A DNA stretch of 64,000 bases. Source: an uncultured Solirubrobacteraceae bacterium. Its GTDB lineage: Bacteria; Actinomycetota; Thermoleophilia; Solirubrobacterales; Solirubrobacteraceae. A program made the position numbers and the translations under genes. The stretch spans positions 102,851 to 166,850 of the forward strand of contig OY969775.1 in assembly GCA_963702975.1 (NCBI GenBank), in the 5' to 3' direction. The notes below the pieces were generated by a model. That model saw nothing but the letters and a program-made list of their open reading frames with translations. It made no database searches and had not been told where the DNA came from. Of the stretch, positions 1 through 9,102 are shown one piece after another. Each line of letters starts with the position of its first letter. Position 1 is the stretch's first letter.

Positions 1-2
1 AT

Positions 3-311
3 CTCGCGGTGTTCGCCCCACAGCCGCTGGAGGGAGCGCCGCGCGCGATCATCTTCGGCCAGCTGTGCGAGCGCCCCGTGATCGCGACCGCCCCGGAGGG
101 CGCCAGGGACATGATCGCGCCGGGTACCGGCAGCATCGTCTCGCCGGCCCACGATCCAAGCGCGCTGGCGCGGTGCATCGAGACCTACCGAGACGACCCC
201 GAGCGGCGCGAGCGCGAGGGACGCGCGGGGCGCGCGCTGGCGCGAGCGCGCTACGACCAGGCGACCGTCCTCGACGAGTGGCTGGCGAGCCTGAGCGCGG
301 TCACGGACTGA
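3..311 (+). CDS. Glycosyltransferase family 4 (GT-B), C-terminal fragment, truncated by window edge
   Basis: Frame open to the window start; E-GAPRAIIFGQLCERPVIAT...G..G.IV...DPSALA..I...DDP matches the GT4 C-terminal pattern. Confidence 0.7.
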   Translation, partial: LAVFAPQPLEGAPRAIIFGQLCERPVIATAPEGARDMIAPGTGSIVSPAHDPSALARCIETYRDDPERREREGRAGRALARARYDQATVLDEWLASLSAVTD

Positions 312-446
312 GCGACCGCGCGGGACTCGGCGCCGTGCGACCAGGCTGCCTGGCGGTGGGTGCGTGGGGCCATGTAGACCCCACGCACTCCTGCAATGAC
401 GATCACGACGACGAACTCGTATCCGTAACCCAAACCGCCTAGTCCA

Positions 447-1370
447 CTACCAGGGCAGTGGTTCTTCGCTTACGCAGGGTGGCGCACTCCTTCCTTCAGA
501 AACAGCGCCTATCTCATTGCAGTCCCTGATCTCAATCTTTGAGCGATCCTTGGTCATGTAGATATTGCGGAACGTGATGTTATAGGTGCCGGTGATGTTC
601 CATGTTGCTCCGCCGTTCACGGAGTATTCGGTTACGAGATCCTGTTCACCGATTTTTTCCGCGAAGCCCACCTTCTTCTCGCGGCTCATTTTGCCGGCTG
701 GGGTGACCACGCCGCTGATATGGCCACGGTACCGGAACATGACTGCGGGTAGATGGCGGACGGGGTTCCCTGCACATTCGAAGATAGCCAGGTATGGATA
801 GTAAGGGGAGCCTTCTGGGGCAAAGTATGCATTCCATACTTCACCTTCCAGAGGTTGAAGTCCACCGGCCCCCAGCGTTCCGTGGTCGATCAGGTAGGTG
901 TCGCTGAACCACGCGATCTTTCCTTCTGGCTCTCCAACGCCCGTGCACTTTCCTCCAGTGACGTTGAGCGTGCAGCGTTTGAACACGATTGTGTCCACGT
1001 TGTACTGCGCGCCGAGAATGGTGCCTTCGGGAACGTTTTTTACGCATATGACCGTGCCGGCTTCCGACCACAGCTCGGACGGCCCAGACTCTTCCGCGCC
1101 CTGCGCAGCGCTCGGGTATTCAAAGGCTTCCGCCGTTACCCCGGGCTGGCCAATCCCAGTGCGGCCGGGCCACCATTTGAACTCGCCCCGTCTTCCCGGA
1201 TTTGGTGAATTTGTACAGGCACGGTCATTCCAATTGCCGGTGTGATACCTGCCCACCTTTTCTGTTTTCAAACAGACGCCATATTCCCCTGCGTATGCCG
1301 ACGACGTGGCTATCGCCACGAATGTGACCATCGCTACGAGGCACAGCCCGGTAAGGCTAATGCGTTTCAT
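447..1370 (-). CDS. Secreted Cys-containing hypothetical protein (307 aa)
   Basis: Signal peptide MKRISLTGLCLVAMVTFVAIATSSAYA; AGGAG SD 7 nt upstream; mature part resembles the C-terminal domain of 43430-45502. Confidence 0.75.
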   Translation of the reverse strand: MKRISLTGLCLVAMVTFVAIATSSAYAGEYGVCLKTEKVGRYHTGNWNDRACTNSPNPGRRGEFKWWPGRTGIGQPGVTAEAFEYPSAAQGAEESGPSELWSEAGTVICVKNVPEGTILGAQYNVDTIVFKRCTLNVTGGKCTGVGEPEGKIAWFSDTYLIDHGTLGAGGLQPLEGEVWNAYFAPEGSPYYPYLAIFECAGNPVRHLPAVMFRYRGHISGVVTPAGKMSREKKVGFAEKIGEQDLVTEYSVNGGATWNITGTYNITFRNIYMTKDRSKIEIRDCNEIGAVSEGRSAPPCVSEEPLPW

Positions 1371-1855
1371 CTCTTGTCTCCTAACATGTCTTATCTCCTC
1401 ACATGTCTGGGCTGCCCGAGCGCCCAGATCTCATTCACGCGGTGCTAGGCGGTTTCATTTCGACCCTTGACGCGTGGTCGGCCCCTCGACACCGAGCATG
1501 GGCTGTGATTGACGACACCGAGCAGTAGCGCGCCCAAGGCGACCATACTGGCCCACGTACGGTGATGTTTATTACTGGCGTAATGTACCACCCGGGGCCC
1601 ACCTAATCAGCGAAATCGTGATTTTAGAATCGCGGCCGAGTTCGGAAAAGTTCGCAGAGAGCGACAAACTCCACATGGTTCGAACACATGTGTCTCCGCC
1701 GCTTTGTTCGCTTAGCGGTGGCGGCCCCCGCCGGAGGAGCCGCGGCCTCGGCGAACGTTGGCTCACGCGTCTCGCGGACCACGAGCTCGGCGAAGTCGAT
1801 GCCCTGGCCGGCCAAGCGGCCGCTATCGTGCACCGAAGACCAGGAGCTGACCGCG

Positions 1856-2677
1856 ATGACCGAGCTACCGATCAAGGCCCTACTCGCCGACGTGGATGGC
1901 ACGCTGGTGACGCAGGAGAAGGTTCTGAGCGAGCGGGCGATCGCGGCGGTCGGGGCCCTGCGCGAGCAGGGCATCGAGTTCGCGTTGACCAGCGGCCGTC
2001 CTCCCCGCGGCATGTCGATGCTGGTCGAGCCGCTTGCTCTGACCACGCCGATCGCGGCCTTCAATGGCGGGCTGATCGTTCGCCCGGACATGTCGGTTCT
2101 GGAGCAGAAGACGATCCCCGCAGCGGTCGTGGGCCCGGCAATCGAGCTGCTATCCGCCGCCGGGCTCGACGTGTGGCTGTATAGCGGCGCCGACTGGCTC
2201 GTTCGCGACCCCAATGCTTCCCACGTGGACCGGGAGGCGAGCACGGTGAAGTTCGGGCCGACAGTGGTGAACGGCTTCGACGCCGTCAAGGACGTCGCCA
2301 AGATCGTGGGAGTCTCCGACGACCACGACCTGGTGGCGACGACCACGGAGCAGGCGCGCGAGAAGTTCGGCGACCACGTGTCCGCTGCGCAATCCCAGCC
2401 CTACTATCTGGACGTCACCCACCCTCACGCGAACAAGGGCGAGGTCGTCAACTACCTCTCCACGTATCTCGGCATTCCCGGCAGCCAGTTCGCGACGATC
2501 GGCGACATGCCCAACGACGTCCTCATGTTCGCCCGCTCCGGCCTCAGCATCGCGATGGGCAACGCGAGCCCGGAGGTGCAGCGTGCCGCCCGGCGCGTGA
2601 CCGCCTCCAACGAGCAGGAGGGGTTTGCAAAGGCGATGGAGCGCTTCGTGCTGCGTGGAGCGGCACACGGGAAATAG
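1856..2677 (+). CDS. Cof-type HAD-IIB family hydrolase
   Basis: DVDGTL (motif I), SGRP (II), NKG (III), GDMPND (IV); start moved to ATG 1856 after AGGAG at 1842-1846. Confidence 0.9.
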   Translation: MTELPIKALLADVDGTLVTQEKVLSERAIAAVGALREQGIEFALTSGRPPRGMSMLVEPLALTTPIAAFNGGLIVRPDMSVLEQKTIPAAVVGPAIELLSAAGLDVWLYSGADWLVRDPNASHVDREASTVKFGPTVVNGFDAVKDVAKIVGVSDDHDLVATTTEQAREKFGDHVSAAQSQPYYLDVTHPHANKGEVVNYLSTYLGIPGSQFATIGDMPNDVLMFARSGLSIAMGNASPEVQRAARRVTASNEQEGFAKAMERFVLRGAAHGK

Positions 2678-2779
2678 CCGCTTGGATCTCCGCAACCTGG
2701 AAGTGTCTCTGCCGTACGTATCCGTACCCGAAGCTTGCCGAGTCGAAGAAGGATTGCCGGTGATCTTCGGCACGGTGGG

Positions 2780-2996
2780 CGATGGGGGTTGCGCTGAGTT
2801 CTCCGCAGCCACCTCGGCGGTAGCGGCCGAGACGGCTGCGGTCACGTCTCCAGTCTCGGCGACGTCCACGATGCACGAGCCCAGGAACGGCTCGGCAGTG
2901 ACGCCGGCGGCGGTGCAAATCGGCGTCGCTTTCGAAGCGAGCTACCGGATCGTCAGCTGGGAACACCGCACCGATCTGGAGCCTGTATCTCGCCAT
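2780..2996 (-). pseudogene. Probable gene fragments (deletion scar)
   Basis: Protein-like start MARYRLQIGAVFPADDPVARF at 2996, then in another frame TPICTAAGVTAEPFLGSCIVDVAETGDVTAAVSAA; neither yields a credible full gene. Confidence 0.3.
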
Positions 2997-3153
2997 GACA
3001 ACGGTATAGCGCCAGGGGCGCTTGACAGTCGGTCACGAGGCGGTGCTCACTTTGTAGGCATTGTCACAAGGCTAACTGGCGCGGCGGCGGGAGCTTTTGG
3101 CTCCGCCGGCACATCAACTACCCCGTCAACGCGGGCGGGGCAGCCAACCGGCC

Positions 3154-4785
3154 CTACGCCGCAGAGGCGAGCGGTGACTTGCTAGGTGCCAGGAGCACCT
3201 CCAGCTCTTCCGCCAGCTTCTTGCGGTCCACGTTCTCGCCCTCCATCAACGCCTGGACCGCATCTCGTGTCCGTGCTCCGGCGTCAGCGCGACTATCCAC
3301 GGGCACCCACCACGGATATGGCAGCCGCTCGACATCCTTGCTCTGGATGTTGCGCGTATGGTTGATCACCTGCTTCAGGATCGCCGTCGCGAGCTCGGTC
3401 TGCAGCCACGCCAAGATGACCCAAAGCTCGTCAGGATCGACGCCCGGTCGAAGAAACCCGCACGGAGCACCGCTGTCCAAGATGTAACCCGCCGGCAGAT
3501 AACGAGCATTGATCTTCTGCGACACCAACTGCCACGTCAATCCCTCACGACCAAAAAACGGACCACCACCGACGCCGTGCAGATACCACGGCCCCGTCTT
3601 CTTGAACGTCAGCACCGCGTCTCCGTCGTTCTTCCAGTAGACCACGAAGCCCGGCTCAGTATAAAGGCGCTCGCTCGACGCTTTGTTGTAATACCGATAG
3701 TCAGCATGTGGGAGCTCGATGCGAGCCGGCTGGTCGCGCTTGTGCGTTACCACAACGCGCCGCGTGCGGCCTTCTGCTTCTAGCTTGACCAGCTCATCTT
3801 CTCGCTTCTTGGAAATTTTTCCCAATCGTGCGTATCCGCGCTCTTCCTCAAGCGTGATCGGCCTATCCGCGAAGTCGATGATCAGGGGCTCCTCGATGGC
3901 GCCGCCCCGCACCTCCCGTACAAACAGCTCGTTGCGGCCAATTGTCATTCCGCCCGTCGCGACCATAACATCGCCGATCTTCGGCCCTGCGAAGAGCCCC
4001 GCGTACTCATTGCTGATCGTCCATGAATGATTTCCTGTGGCCTCCATCGCTTCCCGAGTAACCGACTCACCGAAGACGATCGCCTCATTTGCGGGCGCTC
4101 CTTCGCGCAGCGTCAACACGACCATGTCATATCTAGTCTCGTCGGAGAACTCTTGAAGACGGCTCACTGTGGGAGTCCCGCGATCCATCAGCAGCATACG
4201 AAGGCCGCCCATGGTCGAGATCGTCAGGAACGTGTCTGAGCAGATGAACACCAGCTCACCTTCAGGCGCCAGCTCCTCCAGCGCCTTGGCGGTGAAGAAC
4301 GAGTAGGTCTCCTTCTTGAGCTTCCTGCCGCCATACCTGCCGTATCGCCGGTCAAGTTGGTCCTCCAACGCCGCGTCAAAGATGCCGCCGAACGGCGGGT
4401 TGCCTATGATCAGGTCAAACCGCATCCTCCCCGGATCAAATCGAAAATAGTCACCGAGAACTAGGTTGTAGGTCGGGGGCATGGGACCCCATCGCGCTTC
4501 GATTGCCGCGACGGCGCGATCGTACATCTCGGGATCAACCTCAACGCCCCACACCCTCTCGTTCAGAACCCGCTCTAGTCGATCCGACGTGCTCCCGTGC
4601 TCGCGTTCCATGTAGTGGGCGATAAGTGGCAACAGAAATGCTCCGTCACCGAATGAGGGCTCGAAGGCAGTTCGTGGCTCGCGGGACAGCGGGCCTCGGG
4701 CAACCTCGTGCGCCAAATGGGCTGGCGTCAGATACTGCCCGAGTTGACGCTGCCGCTCTCGGCCGCGCTTAGTCGTCCGTTTCAA
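3154..4785 (-). CDS. Type II N6-adenine DNA methyltransferase (TaqI/Eco57I-like, gamma order)
   Basis: LGQYLTP (X), FEPSFGDGAF (I), GVEVD (II), DLIIGNPPF (IV), long C-terminal target-recognition region; start uncertain (TTG 4785 overlapping the upstream stop, or 4875). Confidence 0.85.
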   Translation of the reverse strand: MKRTTKRGRERQRQLGQYLTPAHLAHEVARGPLSREPRTAFEPSFGDGAFLLPLIAHYMEREHGSTSDRLERVLNERVWGVEVDPEMYDRAVAAIEARWGPMPPTYNLVLGDYFRFDPGRMRFDLIIGNPPFGGIFDAALEDQLDRRYGRYGGRKLKKETYSFFTAKALEELAPEGELVFICSDTFLTISTMGGLRMLLMDRGTPTVSRLQEFSDETRYDMVVLTLREGAPANEAIVFGESVTREAMEATGNHSWTISNEYAGLFAGPKIGDVMVATGGMTIGRNELFVREVRGGAIEEPLIIDFADRPITLEEERGYARLGKISKKREDELVKLEAEGRTRRVVVTHKRDQPARIELPHADYRYYNKASSERLYTEPGFVVYWKNDGDAVLTFKKTGPWYLHGVGGGPFFGREGLTWQLVSQKINARYLPAGYILDSGAPCGFLRPGVDPDELWVILAWLQTELATAILKQVINHTRNIQSKDVERLPYPWWVPVDSRADAGARTRDAVQALMEGENVDRKKLAEELEVLLAPSKSPLASAA

Positions 4786-5491
4786 GGGGCAAATCCGATT
4801 GGTCGATGGGGCTGCCAGGATCGAAGCCGGAGACTGCTTCGTTGATCTCTCGCAGTTCTTTTTCTCGGCTGGCAAAGAAGCGAGCGTTGCTTTTTTCTCG
4901 AAGATCTTTCAGGTAAGCAAGCATCGGCTCAGTCGACACGACGGAGTAGTTCGGCGGCGGTGGCGTGTCGAAGCGCGCGGCATTCAACATGAGTTGCCCT
5001 GGTCCGGAGTTGAAACCCACGTAGCCATCAATGATGTGAAGCAAGTCTACTAGCTGTACGTTAGAGACGACGGGTGTATCGGCCGTAAAACGCACGAACA
5101 GAAGATAGTACGAATCGATCCACCGGTTCGCCAACGCTTTTGTGAGTCGTTTGAGAGCAACGAGGTTCGGATGCCCTCTGGTCGCCTTTCCAACCTCTTT
5201 CACACCGGACTTGACATTCACCGGATTGAACATTCCGCCACTCTCTACCCAGACGTCGCCCATTCCTCGTTCGGCCCTATCTGCCCCGTCTTTGTCGAGC
5301 TCGAAAGTGACACGAGTTCCGAACTCCGCCTCCAGTGCCGCGACACTGTGTTCCTCAACGTAGTCCGCCAAGGAATGCCCGCGCTCTTTTTTGCGAAGCA
5401 TGAAGGCATCGAGCTCGCCCCCCTTGCATCGCTGATCCCAGGCCCGCTGGACGACGTCGATCATGCGTTCTTGAGTCGCCCTGTCGAGCAT
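4769..5491 (-). CDS. Putative type II restriction endonuclease (PD-(D/E)xK-like)
   Basis: E46/E47...D79 (RGMGDVWV)...N92-V-K94; directly upstream of and overlapping the MTase. Confidence 0.6.
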   Translation of the reverse strand: MLDRATQERMIDVVQRAWDQRCKGGELDAFMLRKKERGHSLADYVEEHSVAALEAEFGTRVTFELDKDGADRAERGMGDVWVESGGMFNPVNVKSGVKEVGKATRGHPNLVALKRLTKALANRWIDSYYLLFVRFTADTPVVSNVQLVDLLHIIDGYVGFNSGPGQLMLNAARFDTPPPPNYSVVSTEPMLAYLKDLREKSNARFFASREKELREINEAVSGFDPGSPIDQSDLPLETDD

Positions 5492-5758
5492 GCCTGGACC
5501 TTATCCGTCGGCGTGGATGCCACGGGGCGCCGACCCCTCTGCCTAGCACTACGCTACGGGCACTGGAGCCACACGTACGGCCCCAGATTTGGCCGACCCG
5601 CACCTACCCCCACCCTCTGTCAGGCTGGGCTTCTCGCGCCATATTGCGCTCCGCGGCACGCTGCGCGCGGTCCCCTGCGCGGTCCAAGCCCTTTTGACCT
5701 TCGCCTTTTCGGACCCCTAACACACAAAAACCCTGCGTTGAGCACGGCTCTTTCGTCA

Positions 5759-5831
5759 TGGGCGATACTGGGCTCGAACCAGTGACCTCCGCCTTGTCGA
5801 GGCGGCGCTCTCCCAGCTGAGCTAATCGCCC
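5759..5831 (-). tRNA. tRNA-Val(GAC)
   Basis: GGGCGATTAGCTCAGCTGGGAGAGCGCCGCCTCGACAAGGCGGAGGTCACTGGTTCGAGCCCAGTATCGCCCA folds as a cloverleaf; CCA not encoded. Confidence 0.95.
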
Positions 5832-5973
5832 TGGGATCGGCTGCCAAGGGTATCAACGAGCGCCGGATGTCCGATGCGGCCGACCACGAGGCGTCGCGAA
5901 GCCCGCGCGCGGCTCGGGAGACCGGGCGCCGGCCGGCGTCCTCCCGGCGCAGCGCCCAGATCCCATGCCACGA

Positions 5974-7008
5974 TCAGGGCACGATCACGACCCTGCCTTC
6001 GCCTTCGCCGCCGGCCGCTTCGGAGCCTTGGGACCCGGCCACGCCAGCGCCTTCGCCGCCACTCGAGCCCGAGCCGGCTTCGCTCCCCCGCCCGGACGCT
6101 TCGGCTTCGCCGTGGGGGCTCTGCGCGGCGTACGGCGAGCGCTCCACCCGTCCGACCGCGGATTCAGCCGAGCCCTGCGTCGCCGAGGCGTACGTCACGC
6201 CCTGGCCGGACTCGATCGTCTTGATCGCCTGAGCGGCGGTGCTCGAGGAGATCGCAAAGCCCACGCCCGTGCTGCCTGGCTGCGAGCCGCCGACGGTCGA
6301 CGCGTCGCTTGCGATCTGCGAGTTGACGCCGATCACATCGCCTTCTTCGTTCAACAGCGGCCCGCCCGAGTTGCCAGGGTTGAGCGCCGCGTCGGTCTGG
6401 ATCGCGCCCGTGATCTTCGCGCCGTCGGGTGCCTCGATTTCGCGACCGAGAGCCGAGACGATGCCGCGCGTGAGGGTCTCTTCCAGGCCATATGGGTTGC
6501 CGATCGCGTACACCGCGTCTCCGACCTGGACCGAGCTGGAGCTCACAAGCGCCAGCGGCTTCAGCCCGAGCCCGGACGGATCGACGCTGATCAGCGCCAG
6601 GTCCTCGTTGGCTTCTTCGCCCACGAGCTTTGCACGGCGAGTCGTCTTCGTCGAGCCGCTCGCCTCCACAGTGATGCTCGTCGCGTTCTTGACCACGTGG
6701 TCGTTCGTGAGGATCAGGCCTTTCGAGTTCAGCACGATGCCCGTGCCCTCGTCCTCGCCATCCGGCGTGACCACCTTGATCGCCACGACTCCAGCCGCGT
6801 CACGCTGGTAGATCTGGGTGGCAGACAGCGATGTCGAGGACACATCGCGGCGCGTGCCCGTCGAGGCCGGCGCGCTCGTGACCGCCGCCTTGCTCGACGC
6901 CGCACTGCGCCCGCCGCCTCCGAGCAGGGAGACGGCCACGCCCGCCACGACTCCGCCGACCAGCGCAGCCAGCAGTATTGGTGCAAGTACACGTTTCAAC
7001 GGGATCAC
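5974..7008 (-). CDS. HtrA/DegP-like trypsin serine protease, membrane-anchored, no PDZ domain visible
   Basis: N-terminal TM; ILTNDHV (His), EDLAL (Asp), IQTDAALNPGNSGGPL (Ser); low-complexity tail. Confidence 0.9.
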   Translation of the reverse strand: MIPLKRVLAPILLAALVGGVVAGVAVSLLGGGGRSAASSKAAVTSAPASTGTRRDVSSTSLSATQIYQRDAAGVVAIKVVTPDGEDEGTGIVLNSKGLILTNDHVVKNATSITVEASGSTKTTRRAKLVGEEANEDLALISVDPSGLGLKPLALVSSSSVQVGDAVYAIGNPYGLEETLTRGIVSALGREIEAPDGAKITGAIQTDAALNPGNSGGPLLNEEGDVIGVNSQIASDASTVGGSQPGSTGVGFAISSSTAAQAIKTIESGQGVTYASATQGSAESAVGRVERSPYAAQSPHGEAEASGRGSEAGSGSSGGEGAGVAGSQGSEAAGGEGEGRVVIVP

Positions 7009-7215
7009 CTCTGAGTTGTTGGGGGGAAACCCATGGTGCGACCACGTCGTGTGCAGGGGCTAACGAGCTCCGAAAGGACCGCTAATCAGGGCAGAAGGAC
7101 TTCATAACGACGCGCGCCGTCGGCCAACACGCTCGGCCACTGCGCGCCTCCCCGCAGGGCCTGCGAGACCGTGTCCCGCGACCCCCGAACCCGTCGAGCG
7201 CGCCCTATCCAAGAG

Positions 7216-7286
7216 AGGCGACGACCGGAATCGAACCGGTGTAGACGGCTTTGCAGGCCGCTGCGTAGCCACTCCGCCACGTCGCC
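7216..7286 (-). tRNA. tRNA-Cys(GCA)
   Basis: GGCGACGTGGCGGAGTGGCTACGCAGCGGCCTGCAAAGCCGTCTACACCGGTTCGATTCCGGTCGTCGCCT. Confidence 0.95.
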
Positions 7287-7366
7287 GAGAAGGCCATACA
7301 GCGTAGCGAGGGAAGCTCCGCGGCTTGGGCGGGGCCCTTTCAGCCACGTAGGCTCTCGGAAAGGAC

Positions 7367-7534
7367 ATGGAACCCAGGATCGACGTCATCACGCTCGCCG
7401 TCGCGGATCTGGACCGCGCGCTCGCTTTCTGCGGAGACGGCCTCGGGCTGGAGTCGCGCGGGATCGTCGGCACCGAGTTCGCCGGCGACGAGATCGAGCC
7501 TGACGGGGCTGTGGCGATGTTCGAGCTGCAGGGC
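7367..7534 (+). pseudogene. Truncated VOC/glyoxalase family gene (first ~56 codons)
   Basis: MEPRIDVITLAVADLDRALAFCGDGLGL...GIVGTEF...GAVAMFELQG is a VOC N-terminus; similarity ends there and the rest of the 118-aa ORF is antisense to the next gene. Confidence 0.6.
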
Positions 7535-7549
7535 AGGTGGGAGTTTGCG

Positions 7550-7735
7550 CTACCGCGAAGCCCGCCTGACGCGCCGCATGCTCCATACGAGGAGGAGCAG
7601 CGCACACGCTCCCACGCCTACGATCAGGTGGGTCTGTTCGTCCGCGAACGCCAGCGCCAGGGTCGCCGCCATGAGGACGCTCGCAGCGGACAGCGCCAGC
7701 CAGGTCACGACGAACCCACGTAGGTTGGATCGCAT
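7550..7735 (-). CDS. Small 2-TM hypothetical protein
   Basis: Two hydrophobic stretches and a basic C-terminus; downstream of NiCoT on the same strand. Confidence 0.45.
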   Translation of the reverse strand: MRSNLRGFVVTWLALSAASVLMAATLALAFADEQTHLIVGVGACALLLLVWSMRRVRRASR

Positions 7736-7819
7736 GGTCTTGGATCTTACGTGAGGCACCACGCCTACTCATTCGAAGTCCTGCAGCGTCGGCCAGACCT
7801 TCTTCCACGGCGCGCACGC

Positions 7820-8908
7820 CTACTCCGACGCGCCCGTATCCGTCAGCTGCGCGCTCCAGCGCTCCTCGATCCGCCCGAAGCGCCACAGCGACAGCGCGAT
7901 CGCCCACGTGGCGATGAACATGCCGACGATCACGAAGCCGAGCGTGTTGATGTCGATGCTCTCGAGCCAGCTCCAGAACGAGCCCGACAGGCCCAGCTCC
8001 GAGGCGAGCAGGCCGCCGAGCTCGATCGTGCCGATCACCAGCGCCACCGCCACCGACAGGCCCGTGACGGTGATGTTGTAGAAGACCTTGCGAACGGGCT
8101 TCGTGAATGCCCAGCCGTACGCGTAGTTCATGAACGACCCGTCGATCGAGTCCATCAGCGACATGCCCGCCGCGAACAGCACCGGCAGGCACAGGATCGC
8201 GTACCACGGCAGCCCCGCGCCCGCCGCGCCGCCCGCCAGCACCAGCAGCGCGACCTCGGTGGCCGTGTCGAAGCCCAGGCCGAACAGGACGCCGATCGGG
8301 TACATCTGACTGGGCCTGGTGACCGTCCGCGTCAGGCGGCCGAGGAAGCGGTTCATCAGCCCGCGACGGCCCAGCAGCTGCTCGAGGCCCTGCTCGTCCA
8401 GGTGGCCGCCCCGCATCTCACGGAACACCCTCACCACGCCCAGCAGGATCACGACGTTGACCGCCGCGATCACATACAGGAACGAGCCGGAGACGAGCGT
8501 GCCGATCCAGTTGGTCACCTGATGCAGCCCCGAGCCGTCGTCCTTGACCGGGCCCGCCAACGACCTGGCCCCGATCGACAGCAGCAGTGCCAGCAGGAAC
8601 ACGATCGTGGAGTGTCCGAGCGAGAACCAGAAGCCGACGCTCAGCGGTCGCCTGCCCTCGGCCATCAGCTTGCGCGTCGTGTTGTCGATCGCCGAGATGT
8701 GATCCGCGTCGAACGCGTGCCTCAGCCCGAGCGTGTACGCCGTCACGCCGATCCCCGCCGTGAACGCCCCCGCCGTGCCCAGGCGGTAGCGATGCGGCGC
8801 CACCAGCGCGATCAGCGTCACGAAGCCGACCACGTGCAGGGCGCCGACGACCAGCGCCATCGTCAGCAGCGTCAGCCGCTGCCCGCGCTCGAGCGAAGCC
8901 CACCACAT
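7820..8908 (-). CDS. High-affinity Ni/Co transporter (NiCoT; HoxN/HupN/NixA family)
   Basis: Signature LGLRHAFDADHISAIDN, FSLGHSTIV, GVLFGLGFDTATE, DSIDGSFM; start approximate. Confidence 0.92.
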   Translation of the reverse strand: MWWASLERGQRLTLLTMALVVGALHVVGFVTLIALVAPHRYRLGTAGAFTAGIGVTAYTLGLRHAFDADHISAIDNTTRKLMAEGRRPLSVGFWFSLGHSTIVFLLALLLSIGARSLAGPVKDDGSGLHQVTNWIGTLVSGSFLYVIAAVNVVILLGVVRVFREMRGGHLDEQGLEQLLGRRGLMNRFLGRLTRTVTRPSQMYPIGVLFGLGFDTATEVALLVLAGGAAGAGLPWYAILCLPVLFAAGMSLMDSIDGSFMNYAYGWAFTKPVRKVFYNITVTGLSVAVALVIGTIELGGLLASELGLSGSFWSWLESIDINTLGFVIVGMFIATWAIALSLWRFGRIEERWSAQLTDTGASE

Positions 8909-9066
8909 CCGTACCCCGCGCCGCCGCTCTGACCCAGACACCGCTGCCCGCCTCTCGCCTTCTCGATCCGCGCCCGCCGCCCGACCGCCGGGCCGTGACC
9001 GTGGACCATACGCCCAGCTCCTGGACGATACGCCCAGCGCCCTCGCCGGCCGGCCCCGCCGCCATC

Positions 9067-9095
9067 TGGACTTCTGGCGTGGGCGCGTGTATGTT
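9067..9095 (+). promoter_or_regulatory. SigA-like promoter for a leaderless transcript
   Basis: TGGACT (9067-9072), 17-bp spacer, TATGTT (9090-9095), ATG 7 nt downstream at 9103. Confidence 0.5.
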
Positions 9096-9102
9096 GCGGC
9101 GC

